Positions 63,599 through 64,000 of a stretch of DNA of 64,000 bases are shown piece by piece. The notes below the pieces were generated by a model. That model was given only the letters and a program-made list of their open reading frames with translations, did not search any database and was not told where the DNA came from. This DNA comes from Savitreella phatthalungensis (Eukaryota). The DNA lies in contig AP039692.1 of assembly GCA_051599415.1 (NCBI GenBank), positions 124,001 through 188,000 on the forward strand. Direction: 5' to 3'. The position numbers and the translations under genes were made by a program. Positions within the stretch are counted from its first letter, which is position 1. Each line of letters starts with the position of its first letter.

Positions 63599-64000
63599 CT
63601 GGCAAGGCGACAGTCCTCTGAATCCCCCATGATTCCACACAATCAAGCAGTATGCTAACGTAAGGGATACTCGATCATAGTAAGCAGTAATGACTATCGA
63701 CATGAATGGGTCTTGTGTTAATTCTACGTATGAGTGTCGTCATAGTCAACCATATGCACTTTTAACAACATTTTGTGTGCATTCGGCCAACGGAAAAAGT
63801 CTGGCCGTCTCAGGCCTCTGTTACATGCATTTGGAGTTACGCGAATCAGACTTTTATACTGTGAAGTCACGAGGTCAACTTCATCGTCAGCTTCTGTGTG
63901 AAGATATCCTATTGTCCTCAGGCGAGAAGGTCTCAGTCCTCAAAGTCACAAGAGCAGTACAAGCCATCGTCATCATCTTCCTGACTGTGAAAAGATCAGC

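Noticed and set aside
1..64000. CRISPR array or other prokaryotic system
   Set aside because: No regularly spaced repeats, and all genes are eukaryotic (fungal) in character.

Overview
Gene-dense, nearly intron-free fungal DNA. The gene set (Mit1-type CHD helicase, NiCoT/Nic1, Ecl1, Esc1/WetA motif, Mcp5/Num1 PH) suggests a non-Saccharomycotina ascomycete, possibly Taphrinomycotina; this placement is inference. The window holds 17 cellular genes and one complete, young Ty3/gypsy chromovirus (10050-15560, minus strand) with identical 111-bp LTRs, a 5-bp TSD (ATACA) and a tRNA-iMet-type PBS. Main observations: (1) A Zn2Cys6 transcription factor has its DNA-binding module cut off from the body of the protein by what reads as three consecutive +1 frame steps within about 175 nt (AAA-TAA, CCC-GTA, GGG-TAA). 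This is either clustered assembly error or a multi-step recoding switch. (2) The retrotransposon is split into three ORFs, with a well-formed -1 frameshift cassette after Gag-PR and a second +1 break before the integrase. (3) An uncharacterised protein has an apparent fused H2B-like/H2A-like histone fold and repeated LAxFL..T..PP motifs. (4) There are several signs of translational control: a poor-context uAUG and candidate leader intron in eIF5, a CUG-initiated mitochondrial-like extension on a pseudouridine synthase, and very long ATG-free leaders. All family calls come from motif recognition by eye; no searches were run.
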